DNA of 52,558 bases, taken from Octopus bimaculoides. Taxonomy: Eukaryota. Below the pieces are notes generated by a model, which saw only the letters and a list, made by a program, of their open reading frames with translations, was not told where the DNA came from and did no database searches. The translations under genes were made by a program, and so were the position numbers. Each line of letters starts with the position of its first letter. Position 1 is the stretch's first letter. The stretch covers positions 33,543,558 through 33,596,115 of the forward strand of contig NC_068993.1 of NCBI RefSeq assembly GCF_001194135.2. Reading direction: 5' to 3'. This document shows positions 24,574-37,477 of this stretch, piece by piece.

Positions 24574-24780
24574 CAAGGCGGCGAGCTGACAGAAACGATA
24601 GCACGCCTGACGAAATGCTTCGTCTGTCTTTACGTTTTGAGTTCAAATTCCGCCGCGGTCACCTTTGCCATTCATCCTTTCGAGGTCGATAAATTAAATA
24701 CCAGTTGCGCACTGAGGTCGATCTGATCAACTGACACCCTCCCCCAAAATTTCGGGCCTTGTCCTTAGAGTAGAAAAGAA
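24574..24780 (+). mobile_element. SINE family A copy with 15-bp TSD
   Basis: AATATATCTATTTAT (24559-24573) and AATATATCTGTTTAT (24779-24793) flank it; B-box GAGTTCAAATTCC. Confidence 0.9.
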
Positions 24781-24886
24781 TATATCTGTTTATTTAATTC
24801 ACACGCACATACGCGTGCGCATGCGCACACGCACATACGCACGCGCACGCACACATACACACGCACACACTGGCACACACACACAG

Positions 24887-24918
<32 letters not shown>

Positions 24919-25274
24919 ACACACACACACACACACACACACAGACNNNNNNNNNNNNNNNNNNNNNNNNNNNNNNNNNNNNNNNNNNNNNNNNNNNNNN
25001 NNNNNNNNNNNNNNNNNNNNNNNNNNNNNNNNNNNNNNNNNNNNNNNNNNNNNNNNNNNNNNNNNNNNNNNNNNNNNNNNNNNNNNNNNNNNNNNNNNNN
25101 NNNNNNNNNNNNNNNNNNNNNNNNNNNNNNNNNNNNNNNNNNNNNNNNNNNNNNNNNNNNNNNNNNNNNNNNNNNNNNNNNNNNNNNNNNNNNNNNNNNN
25201 NNNNNNNNNNNNNNNNNNNNNNNNNNNNNNNNNNNNNNNNNNNNNNNNNNNNNNNNNNNNNNNNNNNNNNNNNN

Positions 25275-25317
<43 letters not shown>

Positions 25318-25519
25318 TATGTATATATGCATACATACATATACGTGTGTGTGTATACTTTTCATATTTTAAGATATGTATGCATATATGCATATATTTT
25401 GTATATATATGTGTGTGAGTGTACTTTTTCATATACTAAGATATATATGCATATATGTATCTATATTTGTATATGTGGGTGTACACTGTTTCATGCTTTA
25501 CGATATATATGTATATATA

Positions 25520-25568
<49 letters not shown>

Positions 25569-25992
25569 TCTATATTTGCATATTGTACGTATATATAAAG
25601 AAAGAGAGAGAGAGAGTGAGCGAGTGTCAAATAATTACTTATACTCGGCTCTTATGCATATGTTAATCTCTAGGGATTGTTACATAAGTACATAAGCGAC
25701 CTACAAAAGGATAATCATGAGAAATACAAGTTTCCTTCTAAAAATACATAAATTCGAAATAAAAAGATTTAGGTGGCCTATCAAATTTTTTGCTAAATTA
25801 TCAAAAATTCTGAATGAAATAGTCCAAAATAAGGCGATTAGTCTTCTAAATTTTCATGAGGAAGTTCCTTCTCGTTTACAAATTAAAACTATATATAGAC
25901 TGCATATAGACTGACTCTAGAGACATAAATGTATCAAACTGCATTAGGTCTGCACTCTATAAGTTTATTTTACCAACACCCGAATACACGCT

Positions 25993-26040
<48 letters not shown>

Positions 26041-26454
26041 NNNNNNNNNNNNNNNNNNNNNNNNNNNNNNNNNNNNNNNNNNNNNNNNNNNNNNNNNNNN
26101 NNNNNNNNNNNNNNNNNNNNNNNNNNNNNNNNNNNNNNNNNNNNNNNNNNNNNNNNNNNNNNNNNNNNNNNNNNNNNNNNNNNNNNNNNNNNNNNNNNNN
26201 NNNNNNNNNNNNNNNNNNNNNNNNNNNNNNNNNNNNNNNNNNNNNNNNNNNNNNNNNNNNNNNNNNNNNNNNNNNNNNNNNNNNNNNNNNNNNNNNNNNN
26301 NNNNNNNNNNNNNNNNNNNNNNNNNNNNNNNNNNNNNNNNNNNNNNNNNNNNNNNNNNNNNNNNNNNNNNNNNNNNNNNNNNNNNNNNNNNNNNNNNNNN
26401 NNNNNNNNNNNNNNNNNNNNNNNNNNNNNNNNNNNNNNNNNNNNNNNNNNNNNN

Positions 26455-27707
26455 CCTGAAAATTTCAAACAAATTTATTTTAATTTACGGTAGGACCACC
26501 TTTGGCAGTAATTACAGCTTAACTTCTACGATGTATGGACTCGTACAAAGTTTGAATTGTTTCCAAAGGAATTTTTGTCCATTCTTCAGCTAGAATAGTC
26601 TCCAGTTCTTGTAGTGATGATGGTGGAGGATATCGACTCCTTACTTGTTTTTCTAAAATGCACCATAAATTTTCAATAATAATGAGACCTGGGGACTGTG
26701 GTAGCCAGATAAACTGTTCAATTTCACTAGAATGCTCCTCATGCCATTCAGTAACAGCTTTAACTGGGTGAATTGGTGCATTATCATCCTGAAAGATTGC
26801 GTTTCCCTCTGGAAACAGTTCCGTAAACATAGGATGAATTTGATCAGATGAAATGCTTAAATAGTCTTGACTATTAATTCTACCCTGAAGGGAAACCATT
26901 GGTCCAGCGGATTTCCAAGATACAGCCCCCTCCCCCAGATCATCACAAATTCTCCTCCATGTTCAACAGTTGGAAGAAGGCAGTCTGGGTCAAATGTTTC
27001 TTTTGGCTGTCTCCGCATGTATACTCGGCCAGTGGTCGGAAATAAGGTAAAGCATGACTCGTCCGAGAAAATGACATTCTTCCACTGCTCTAGGGACCAA
27101 TTCTGTAGGATTTTACTCCAGTCTAAACGCTTTGCAACGTTTGTTTTTGAAAGTAGTGGTTTTCTGATTGCAGTCCTCCCGTGAAATCCGGTTTTGTGCA
27201 GCTTCCTCCGAACAGTTTTTGTGGAAACTAGGTTCTCGAGGTGGTCATTGAGCTCTGCAGTAATTTTGGGAGTTGTACGTTTGTGGTACTTTCTAACAAT
27301 TCGCGTAAGAGTCCGACGGTCCCTGTCTGAAAGTTTTGGTTTTCTGCCAGAGTTTTGTTTCAATGAGGAAGTTTTTCCCTCTTTCTCAAAGCTGTCATTA
27401 CTCTGGAGACAGTGCTTCTTGATACACCAAATATTTCGGCTGTTTTCGTTAGGCTAGCACCTGCCTTACAAGCACAAACAATTTGACCTCTTCGAAATTC
27501 TGATAGATCTGTCATTTTAATGAAATTTTTAATTACATTTTACTGATGATATCTGAAAAAAAAAATCAGCAATTTTAGCAAAACATTATGCAACACTAAT
27601 AATAAATAAAAAAACATAAAAATAAACAAGCTTTTGATGGTTTTATAGATATTTCAAAATTATGATGCTATGATGCTAGGTGTTTCCATTATTTTGTCCA
27701 ACCCCTG
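26455..27707 (-). mobile_element. Tc1-family transposon with DD36E spacing, frameshifted; one end in the gap
   Basis: ORFs 26857-27363 (SGRKPKL..VIFSDES..VMIWG) and 26519-26899 (FQDDNAPIH..WLPQSPGLIIIENLW). TIR CAGGGGTTGGACAAAATAATGGAAACACC ends at 27707 with TA outside. Confidence 0.93.
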
Positions 27708-28781
27708 TATATACACACCCGCGCGTGCATACTCACACATGAATATGAATTCATTTTTCTGTTCTTTATATACTTGTTTTAGTGTTTTAGTGTTTAGAAT
27801 CAAACATTAATAATTAAATACGAATGTGGGTCATGATAATATTAGTGATAAGATTAAATATGTCCTAGAGATAAAGAAAATATTTCTTCGTGCAAGAGTT
27901 TAGCAAAGGGTTGAATGACATAAAAATAATCCAGGGCGATAACGTATGCATATATAAACATAACGTAAATAGAATGGCACGTGGAGAGTACATATATTTA
28001 AATATACATGTTTTCCACATAATTTCTTTGGAAAAGTTGATGGATCTCTGTTGTTACAATTTGACAGTGGCTGTGGAGTAGAAACTGTCTAGATATGTAT
28101 TTTTGATTGTAATGTATATTGTTAGAAGCAATGTTATCCAGGCGAGAATAGCGGAACTTAACACTATTTGTGTTCAAGAGTTTTACTTGAGTGCAGGTGA
28201 GAGATGAGTCATCCCATCTATATTTGATGGTGGATTAAACCAAATTACGTCCCTTTTTCTGATTCTGCTATGGTTTCTACATGTGTGTGTGTGAGAAATT
28301 TTGGGATATTATCTTCTTTTTAAAGCCACTTCTAGCAAAGAAAAATATCATTACAACAGTGGGGCTTCAAATGATATCTTTGTCAACAAATCAGAAACTC
28401 TCCTACTTATTCCGGCTGCAAGATTCCTAATTATGACTGGAGGTGGGGTGGATATGTTGTTCGATTGGGGAGTGTGTGTGCTTATGTGCGCGCGTGTGTA
28501 TGTGTGTGTGTGTGTATCCTTGTTTGGCTTTCTATAGAAGTAGCGGTATGTCTATGGAGTTTACTACTGCTACATTGGAGCTGATGGCCGTTTAAATCAA
28601 ATTCGTTGCATATTTCTATTGCTTTGCTTTTAAAGCTATCCATTGTCTGGACATTCATGTTACACACACACACACACAAGCTGACGCTCGCGCGCACGCA
28701 CACACACACGCACACGCACTTCGACAAACAGTTATACAGACATATGTATACAGACGTATGTATGTATATATATATATATGC

Positions 28782-28951
28782 GCGTATAAGAAGGGATGAC
28801 CACTAGGTAGACATCCAATATGCTAGAAAGAGGTCATCAACGACCCAACCATAAAGAAAAATCATGTTTTTTCTTTCTTTGTGGTTGGGTTGTTGATGAC
28901 CTCTTTCTAGCATATTGGATGGCCACCTAGTGGTCATCCCTTCTTATACGC
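28782..28951. repeat. Foldback inverted repeat, 78-bp arms
   Basis: 28782-28859 is the reverse complement of 28874-28951 with 4 differences. Confidence 0.95.
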
Positions 28952-29523
28952 ATGTAATACAATTTTTCTGAATTACCAGATTTTCTACATGCTAGACCAC
29001 TGGTTTTAAATTGAAATTAATATTCAATTTATCACCCTCAGTNNNNNNNNNNNNNNNNNNNNNNNNNNNNNNNNNNNNNNNNNNNNNNNNNNNNNNTAAT
29101 ATATTCAATTGTATATGACAGACGTGTTCCATGGAAGAACTTATAACCTGCTGACGTGCCAATTCCTGAGCTTGATTTCGAATTACGGTTAAAAATATTC
29201 AACTTGTTTTAGTCTGCCAATTCCCTCCAGAGAAATCTTTAACCTCGGAACAACTTAGCTCTCCCCTTCGAAAACAGATCTTGTTACTAGGGAAAAGAAA
29301 CTTTTAATCACACAAACACACGCACAAGTATGCAAGTATGTATATACACATGTATGCATACACACAGACACATGTGTATATACACTAATGCATAACACAA
29401 ATGCATGTATGTATATACTCACATATATGTATATGTATAGCGGGTTATTAGTATCAATATGCCTAAGCAAAATTTTATTTATGACATACACGCGTGCGCG
29501 CGCACACATACACATGTATGCAT

Positions 29524-29585
<62 letters not shown>

Positions 29586-30079
29586 GCATATATATACATA
29601 CGTTGTAATATATATTCAATTAAATATAACATCAGTTCGTTAGATATAATTTATAGATATAGAATATTAATATTTTGCATGACCATATATTTGCAATACC
29701 ATAGATTAGGAGATGTATGATATAGTGAAATCAAGTAGATGTATGAGAAACATATTATCCTACCCCCTAGAGAGATATCAGACAGAATTGAAACTGATGG
29801 GATTGGAACAAAAAGAAAATAGACAAACTTACAGGAACTGGAAGAAAGAGTTTAATGCTTTGGATGTTCTTTCCTGTAGTTTCGTGTTGAGACGAGCAGA
29901 ATTACATTCTGTTCGATTGTTGCAATAAGCAAAAATGGTAAATGTATAACTATAAAGGCATTGCGGTGTAGTGGCTTGTAACTGAAAGCTGTAAGGGGTC
30001 TGTAATAGTAGATTGTACATACGATTATATTTTATTATTTACGTATCTTCTCTAAATTAGTTTGTTTGTACAAGGGAAC

Positions 30080-32060
30080 GAAAGATGTGTGAGCTGTATA
30101 ACTCAAATGATACAGACTAGTTTCCGTAGGATATTGTTTTTGGAGTCAGAAGTCATTAGTGTAAATAAATCAGTTTTCTGATTCTTTGGCTGGTCATTAG
30201 TATAGATGTTATATAATCGTGGGTCCAGCACACAAACTTTTTGCAAGTCATTTTGTTTTAATCACCAGTGAGTTTCCTTGTTGTTCAAGACAGCAAAAAT
30301 GCACCTTTCTTTCATGAGGGCCCTATTGCGACTTCCAAGGCCTATTTTTCTGTCGGAGGGAATGTCCTGCTGTATATGAGGTAGACAGATCAACAAAAAT
30401 GGCTCCTGAAAACTTTTTTTCTGAAACCTATCCTATATTGCATGATATTCAGAAGCTGACTTGTAAATTTGTGAGGTCGTAATCAACAACGTGGGAAAAT
30501 CTGTTAAGGATCATGTACTTAAAAAGTTTATACGGATGGTATATCAGAAAGATTGGATGGAAGTTCTTTGCCATATGCTGGATCTTTATCCAGTTTGAAG
30601 AGAAAATAATCTTCGTTTTCCACCAGATCTTTGGAGTACTTCTTGTCATTATGCACTTCTTCATCAGCTCAAGAATCTATTTTCGCATCGAAGGTCCAAA
30701 GTACTTGATCTCCTCTGTGAAAATGTTATGCAGATTAAGACCGGCTTTACCGGTCTTAATCGTGTTGATGCTTATACTGGGCTCTTCGATGGTAAACTGT
30801 TAAGTCAATTCAGAGGTTAGGGAGTGATTTACTCGACCTACTTTTGGCCATGGCTATTTAATGGTGCATTTCCCATAGAGCAGCAGGTGTGAAATGGTTG
30901 CTGGTGATAGTATACTATTACTGGGTAGGGTTCGATGGATTAATGCTGATTTTCGGATGAGGTTTTACACCTTTTAGTTGCTTTTTTCTGTATCTGTTGT
31001 CTCAACCAGATTATGTCACTTCTGCTGTAGGTGTTGGGTCTCTTGCCTACTTCATTGGTACTTTCAGCCAAGTGATCAGATTCATAGAGCAGTTAGTATT
31101 TCTCCTACAGTTTGGTAATTTGAGCATCAAGACCCGGGATGTATTGAATGTAGCTGCATCTTGAGATACTCTTGAGCACTGCTTGGTGCACATATTTGTG
31201 GAATTACCACAATTCTTGACAAACTTCCTTTTTAGAGATGGACGACTCTTTAGAACTGGACAATTTCGTTTCTAGAGACGAACAACTTCCTTTCTAGAGA
31301 TAGACAATGTTCCTTTCAAGATCTTGAAAGCCAAACCATTTCACTTTCCTCAAGTTGAATTTTCTTCGGAAAGGAAAAGTAATTGAAAATGGTTGCCGCA
31401 TTGACTGTAATGCTAATGGGACGATATTGGGTCTTAGCAGTGAGTCCAAAAATAGATTCTTGTTTAATCTATTGATCTTGTGGATTACAAACACGATTCC
31501 ATGGTTGTACCCTACTTCACATTATACACCGCTGAAGGACTTCGATTGTTTGGAATCATAAACCAGACGCAGATGGCTGTTTTCAACCCATGATTGTACT
31601 GCATATCTTTTAGTGTTGTTATTGGCCTACCCCCATTGCATGCTGTGACTACTGATATCTTCAATCACAATCCTTCAGTTATTCAAATGATGGTATTTCA
31701 GACATGTCTAGGGGCGTGGAAGGCCGTTTGTAAACTGAGGTGATGGTAACTCCTCGGGGTCCAATGACTTCATAGTTATTTTTCTCTCTTTGATGTTGGT
31801 TCGATGATTTCCTAATGTTTTGCTGGGATAATGCTTCCACATTTTTCGTGTATTCTGTCCGTGGGTGGGGGCCATATTTGAGCGAGAGATTTTGGTCCAT
31901 GGTGGGTTTCTTGTGGACAGAAAATATCTCAGTGATTATCTTTGTATAATCTTGCAACAAGTTCCTGGCAACGAGATAACTTTTCAACATTCCGAGATAT
32001 AATAATTAGTGCCCGACATAAAGGCAGAAGTTACCTCTATTCTTGCTCCAAGTTGCGGCA
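30080..32060 (-). mobile_element. Ingi/Vingi-like LINE (APE endonuclease + RT), decayed and 3'-truncated
   Basis: Endonuclease: QETH, VTITSVYKRPS, LVYDSKQSKSF, PFRRKFNLRKVKW. RT: KTGKAG, PKIWWKTKII, AKNFHPI..YKLFKYMILNR, VFVDLS, NIYTNDQP. Confidence 0.78.
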
Positions 32061-32453
32061 TCTGTTGAGCTTCTAATATTACTTTAGTAATATTTAGCAT
32101 TACTGGGCAGGGATAGCGCCGTAAACATGAGACCCCTAGATTTAGTTACACAGTTACACACACACACACACATATATTAACACCTACCTACCTACCTACC
32201 TACCTACCTACCTACCTACCTACCTATCAGTACACACAGACACACACACACAGACTCACACATACATACGCACCTACCTATATAAATTTCCTTTGTAACA
32301 TTTGCTTTCTATCAAGCTGGTTACCTGATCACTCTCTTAATGACATTGACATTGTTATAATATACTATCGTAGCGTCTTTACTGTTTGCTGTTTTGGTGG
32401 TAACTACTGTTAATTATGAACTCAACCTTTTGATTGATAAGCATTACGATATG

Positions 32454-32490
<37 letters not shown>

Positions 32491-32589
32491 ATGTAAATGT
32501 ATATATATGTATATATGTATGTATGCACCATATGTTACATATATATGTATATGTATACACATACACACATGCACATATATATGTATATG

Positions 32590-33009
32590 ATGGATTCTCT
32601 CGTCGGTTTCGACGTATCAGGCTCCGACAACGTGTTCTCTCTTTGTCAGTCATAATGCTTATGTCGAATGTGGCATTTAAGTGCTGCCAATGTTTTGCAA
32701 AGGAAGCCACAGATGTTGCAAGTATGATGATTCCAGATCAGTGCAGGTGGAATATTTGCAGCCGCTTTTCTCTTTTGCCATGCACACCAACACCTGTTAA
32801 TGGTAGTTGCAACAAAGTTTTTAATACTATTTTGACACAACGATTTCCATTTTGTTCGTTCCAAGGCTGTTCTCTCAAAGGTGTTGTGATCTATCTTGAT
32901 CTCTGAGAGGTTACTCTTCAGTTTGTCCTTATACCTGAGCCGTGCCCGACCAACATTCTTGTTCCCTCTCTCAAGCTTCTCTACATGAGAACTTTGGGTA
33001 TTCTTTCGT
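32590..33009 (-). mobile_element. RTE-clade LINE 3' end with C2H2 finger
   Basis: Reads DERIPKVL..GRARLRYKDKLKSNL..ALERTKWKSL..CNICGFLCKTLAALKCHIRHKH*, followed by a short UTR ending GTCGAAACCGAC. Confidence 0.88.
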
Positions 33010-33623
33010 CACTGCTGGACAAAAATCTTAAGATCAGTGAAAAGATTGCCGAAATTATCTCCTTGCAGACCGATATATTCGACTATTTTTCATTACAGAT
33101 TCATAATTGGAAAATAGAAAAGGATAAATGAACACTTAAAAAAATGTTTAACATTTTATGCAGGAAATATGCATTGTATGAAAATGAACATTATTTTGCC
33201 TTGTCAAAAATTTAAGACCACGACAAAAAAAAGTTTAAATTTGGTATAAACTATAAAAATCTATCTCTGTCAACAACTGCCGGTCACTTCCTGTCTGTTT
33301 CACAACAACAACAACAAAAACAATGGGCAAAGCTACAATGTCGACTGATTCTGAACGTGTTAGAATTGTAAAACTCCAAAGCAAGATCTTTCTCAACGCG
33401 CCATCTCCAGTGAAATTGGTCGCAATATAACTGCTATTCCGAACTTCTTAAAAGACACTGAGTCATATGAATCGCAAAAATCGACTGGCCGGCCAAAGAA
33501 AATGTCACTAGTATTGAGTAGGAGGGTTCGATGGGAAGTTAGGAAAGTCACTAGTCGATCACCAAGCCAGATTAAGGCACTTACGGATGCGGAATGCAGC
33601 TCAAGGACGATAAGATGACATTT

Positions 33624-33681
<58 letters not shown>

Positions 33682-34618
33682 CTTTAAAAATCTTAAACGT
33701 CTTCAGAGACTACGTCTTCATCTACACCACAAAACTACTCGTTTAGAATTTGCTCAGAATCACCAGACCCGGGACGTTCACAACTGGAAGAACTGGTTTT
33801 ATTCTCAGAAAAGAAGAAATTCAACCTTGATAGTCCTGATGGTTTACAACGATATTGGCATGCAAAAGATATTCTACTGGAGACTTTTTCAACGAGGCAG
33901 AGTGGTGGAGGTTCTATCATGGTGTTGGTGTCTTGTCGTACAGAGGGACTATTGAACTTCAGGTTGTGCAGGAACGTCAAACAGCAGCTGACTATGTTGG
34001 TATGTTAGAGTGGCCATCACTCCTGACCGAAGGCCCTCGTTTGTGTGGAGAAGGCTGGATTTATCAACAGGATAATGTTACAGTCCATAATGCTCGCAGG
34101 CCAAAGGATTTCTTCAGAACAAATAGTGTTCATCTTTTGAATCAACCCCCGACCATGTTCTCCTGACCTAAAGCCCTTCGAAAATCTTTGGAGATGGATG
34201 ACAAGAGATGTTTACAGAAATGGAACACAATTTGAGAATGTGGCTGTTCTTCGCCAGGCAATCTTCATTTCGTGGCTTAACGTTCCAGATAATCGCCTGA
34301 AAACGTTTGTGTCGAGTATGTCACAGCGAATGTTTGAAGTTATTCGCAGGAATGGTGGAGCTACTAACTACGGATCCCCCTTGTTTACTATTTATTAATT
34401 GTTTTTGTTTGCTGTTCGTCATGATTTAAACTTTTGACTAGACAAAATATTGTTAGTTTTCATACTATACCTTAAATATTAAACATTTCTTTAGGTTTCA
34501 AATATATTTTTCTGTTTGCCAATAATGAATCTCTAATGAAAAATAGTCGATTATATCGGTCAGCAAGATGTTCATTTCGGCAGCTTTTTGACTGGTCTTA
34601 AGATTTTGTCAAGCAGTG
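33010..34618 (+). mobile_element. Tc1/Tc3-like transposon with ~215-bp IR/DR terminal repeats, decayed
   Basis: 33010-33224 aligns to the reverse complement of 34418-34618 (outer ends CACTGCTGGACAAAAATCTTAAG / CTTAAGATTTTGTCAAGCAGTG). ORF pieces MGKA.., TGRPKK, KKFNLDSPDG, QQDNVTVH, CSPDLKPFENLW, GGATNY. Confidence 0.9.
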
Positions 34619-34619
34619 T

Positions 34620-34697
<78 letters not shown>

Positions 34698-35524
34698 CAT
34701 AATTGTTCGAACCCTTATTCGTTCATTCCACTGTTCGTTCTTTCGTTCCCCCTCGCTCACATTTCCTCGCCTTCTCTTCTTGCTCACTTTCCATCCCTAT
34801 TTCACTCCACTGTGTCCCTGTCATTCTTTCTCGCCCCTTCTTAATTCTTTTGTCCCTCTGCCTCTACATCTCTCTCTTCTCTTCCCACGTGTCCGGTGTG
34901 CGACCAACTACGATCTTTCTTTCTTGGCCGGTCGTTGTGCGTGCAGCATCGTTATCCCTCCCTGTGCTTGTGAAATCTTATATCCCTGCCGTAAGTCATT
35001 ATTTCCACACACGCCAGCTTAATTTAATTCGTCCTTAGTCGAAAGACATCTGTTGTTATGTCCTGTTATTTTTATTGTATTTGTGTAACATTGTTCGTTT
35101 TTTTCCCGTCCTTCTTTTTGTATACATTCGCTGCTTTCTTCCAAGGAATCTAATGCTCTTAGCTTAGTTTTTCCTAGGGGCTGGCCAGATTGGAGCGATA
35201 TCGAGAATAAGCAGCCGAAATTGCAAGGATAATCTGGATCTCGACAGAGGAAAGAAAACTGCGAATGACCTGTCCTTGTTTTCTTTGTATCGTCTATCTG
35301 GATGTTTTGTCCCTTTCTNNNNNNNNNNNNNNNNNNNNNNNNNNNNNNNNNNNNNNNNNNNNNNNNNNNNNNNNNNNNNNNNNNNNNNNNNNNNNNNNNN
35401 NNNNNNNNTACCTGTCTAATAAGATTTACTGTATTCAGGTTACTGTGGCATAATAACCCATTCAGTCAGAGACATGCAGCATCTAATATTTAAAATTAGC
35501 TAACAATAACTTTAGATAAAACTG

Positions 35525-36110
35525 TTGTCATGTTTCAACCACCTTCCAGACATTGTCCTTCAAAACAGAAAACCGAATGTTGTCGATAGATTTACATATC
35601 TTAGAAGTGTGCTGAATCGTGTTTGTTCTTTAGATCATGAAATAGGGGACCTTCTTCAAAAAGCATCTCAGGTTTTCAAGAGTCTTGAAAAGCGAGTTTG
35701 GTCTAATAGAGATATTACCAAAAACACAAAGGTTGCAGCGTACAGGACTTGTGTGCTTTCATCCCTTCTTTATTCATGTGAGACATGAGTGGTACTGAAA
35801 AAGCATCTCATATTCCTAGGACGATTTTATCAGCGATGTTTGCGCTCTATACTGAAAATCAAATGCGTGAACAAAATACCAGATTCTGAAATACTTGAGT
35901 GTGACGGTGGGAATAGCATTGAAACTGAAAGTCACTGACACTGACGTCACCGGATTGGTCATTTGATAAGGAAATCTGATCAACGCATGCCCAAACGACA
36001 GCCATTTGCTCAGATAAAAGGAGCAAAGAGATCACAGTGTAAACCAAAATAGCGTCTGTCAGTGCTGGCGTTGAGAAGAGTCATACTCGATTAACGAGAC
36101 GATAACCATC
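35525..36110 (+). mobile_element. RTE-clade LINE RT C-terminal fragment
   Basis: Reads VVDRFTYLRSVL..LQKASQVFKSLEKRVWSNRDITKNTKVAAYRTCVLSSLLYSCET*, RFYQRCLRSILKI and IGHLIRKSDQRMPK. Confidence 0.9.
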
Positions 36111-36552
36111 ACATGTGTATACATGCATACATAGTTATTTTATATTCTGTTAAGAACGTAGTAGTGTACAGTATAAAGCTCGTCCACCTTCAAATTTCAC
36201 CCTGAGCTACCCAGTAGTAGTATTATACGTACTTGCAGGTTTGCGTTTGGACTTCAGTCATGTGTGAATAGATAATTGACAAAAATTTGTAGTCAACAAG
36301 AAAGAGAACGGTTAGATATTTATTTTCAATTACAATTGTTTCTATGCGGCGTAGTTCTCCGGGCATGCAGGTACTTGATTATGCAACCGTTTATCTGCAT
36401 GAGGAGATTTGGTTGTGTTTCCTCAGGCGATATGTATACATTGTCTCTGCAAGTTCAAACTCTCGGATTCGAGAGTATCCTCTGTGTCTGTCGTGGCCTG
36501 AAATTAGTAGTAGTAGTAGTAGTATATATGTATATATATATATGAAGATATT

Positions 36553-36556
36553 AATA

Positions 36557-36599
<43 letters not shown>

Positions 36600-36622
36600 T
36601 TAATAATAATAATAATAACAAT
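36553..36622. repeat. (AAT)n microsatellite
   Basis: Directly visible. Confidence 0.96.
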
Positions 36623-36678
36623 ATAAGTGGCTAGTAAGCATAAAAACCAAGAAGGAAAAAAAATTATAGATTCGTAAT

Positions 36679-36843
36679 TAAGGGTACAAGATAGTGTCAG
36701 CGTTGCTAGAAATAAGAGTCGAATAATACTCAAATAAGCCACAATATCACTGAAAATTTAACAAATCTTCAGTGATATTGTGGTTTACTTGAGTATTTTT
36801 CGACTATTATTTCTAGCAACGCTGACACTATCTTGTACCCTTA
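36679..36843. repeat. Foldback inverted repeat, 76-bp arms
   Basis: 36679-36754 is the reverse complement of 36768-36843 with 4 differences. Confidence 0.95.
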
Positions 36844-36946
36844 CTCATGAATTTATATATATATATACTTAAGTTAAAAAACACATAATATAAGCACAAA
36901 GAGAAAACAGACACAGAAGGTCACCAAGTCCTAATATATGTGTATA

Positions 36947-37077
<131 letters not shown>

Positions 37078-37398
37078 CTTTGCGGGAAGGACTGTTTCAA
37101 CGAAGTCGCATATTGTCCTTGTCTTCAAAACTCGGAGTAGATGACACAGGAACAACTGACGAAGGGGTATACTCTTTATGTTGCATGTCTTGTTTTTCTC
37201 TTTTGTTCGTTCGAAAAAAGTTCGTTTTCTATGTTTTCGTTTTTATGTTTTCGTTTCTCATTGTGTTTAACGATTATTTTTTTATGTCCTGTACCCATAT
37301 ATGCATGTATGTATACATATAGATGTAGGTATGTACATATATGTATCGATATATGCATATATTTATTTGATATTTATATTATTATTATATATATATGC

Positions 37399-37477
<79 letters not shown>

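Noticed and set aside
29777-29928. Plus-strand exon-like stretch (ERYQTELKLMGLEQKENRQTYRNWKKEF..)
   Set aside because: The acceptor is plausible, but there is no convincing donor before the stop and no homology; a similar-quality candidate overlaps on the other strand.
30736-30763. Hairpin TTAAGACCGG-CTTTA-CCGGTCTTAA
   Set aside because: It lies within the Vingi RT coding region (KTGKAGL); most simply a local coincidence or small template-switch event.
35170-35232. GGCTG..CAGCC-GAAA stem resembling HHR stem II
   Set aside because: No CUGANGA core upstream; it cannot be called a ribozyme from this copy.
37150-37180. CTGACGAAGGGGTATACTC, an HHR-like start
   Set aside because: No GAAA or stem III follows.
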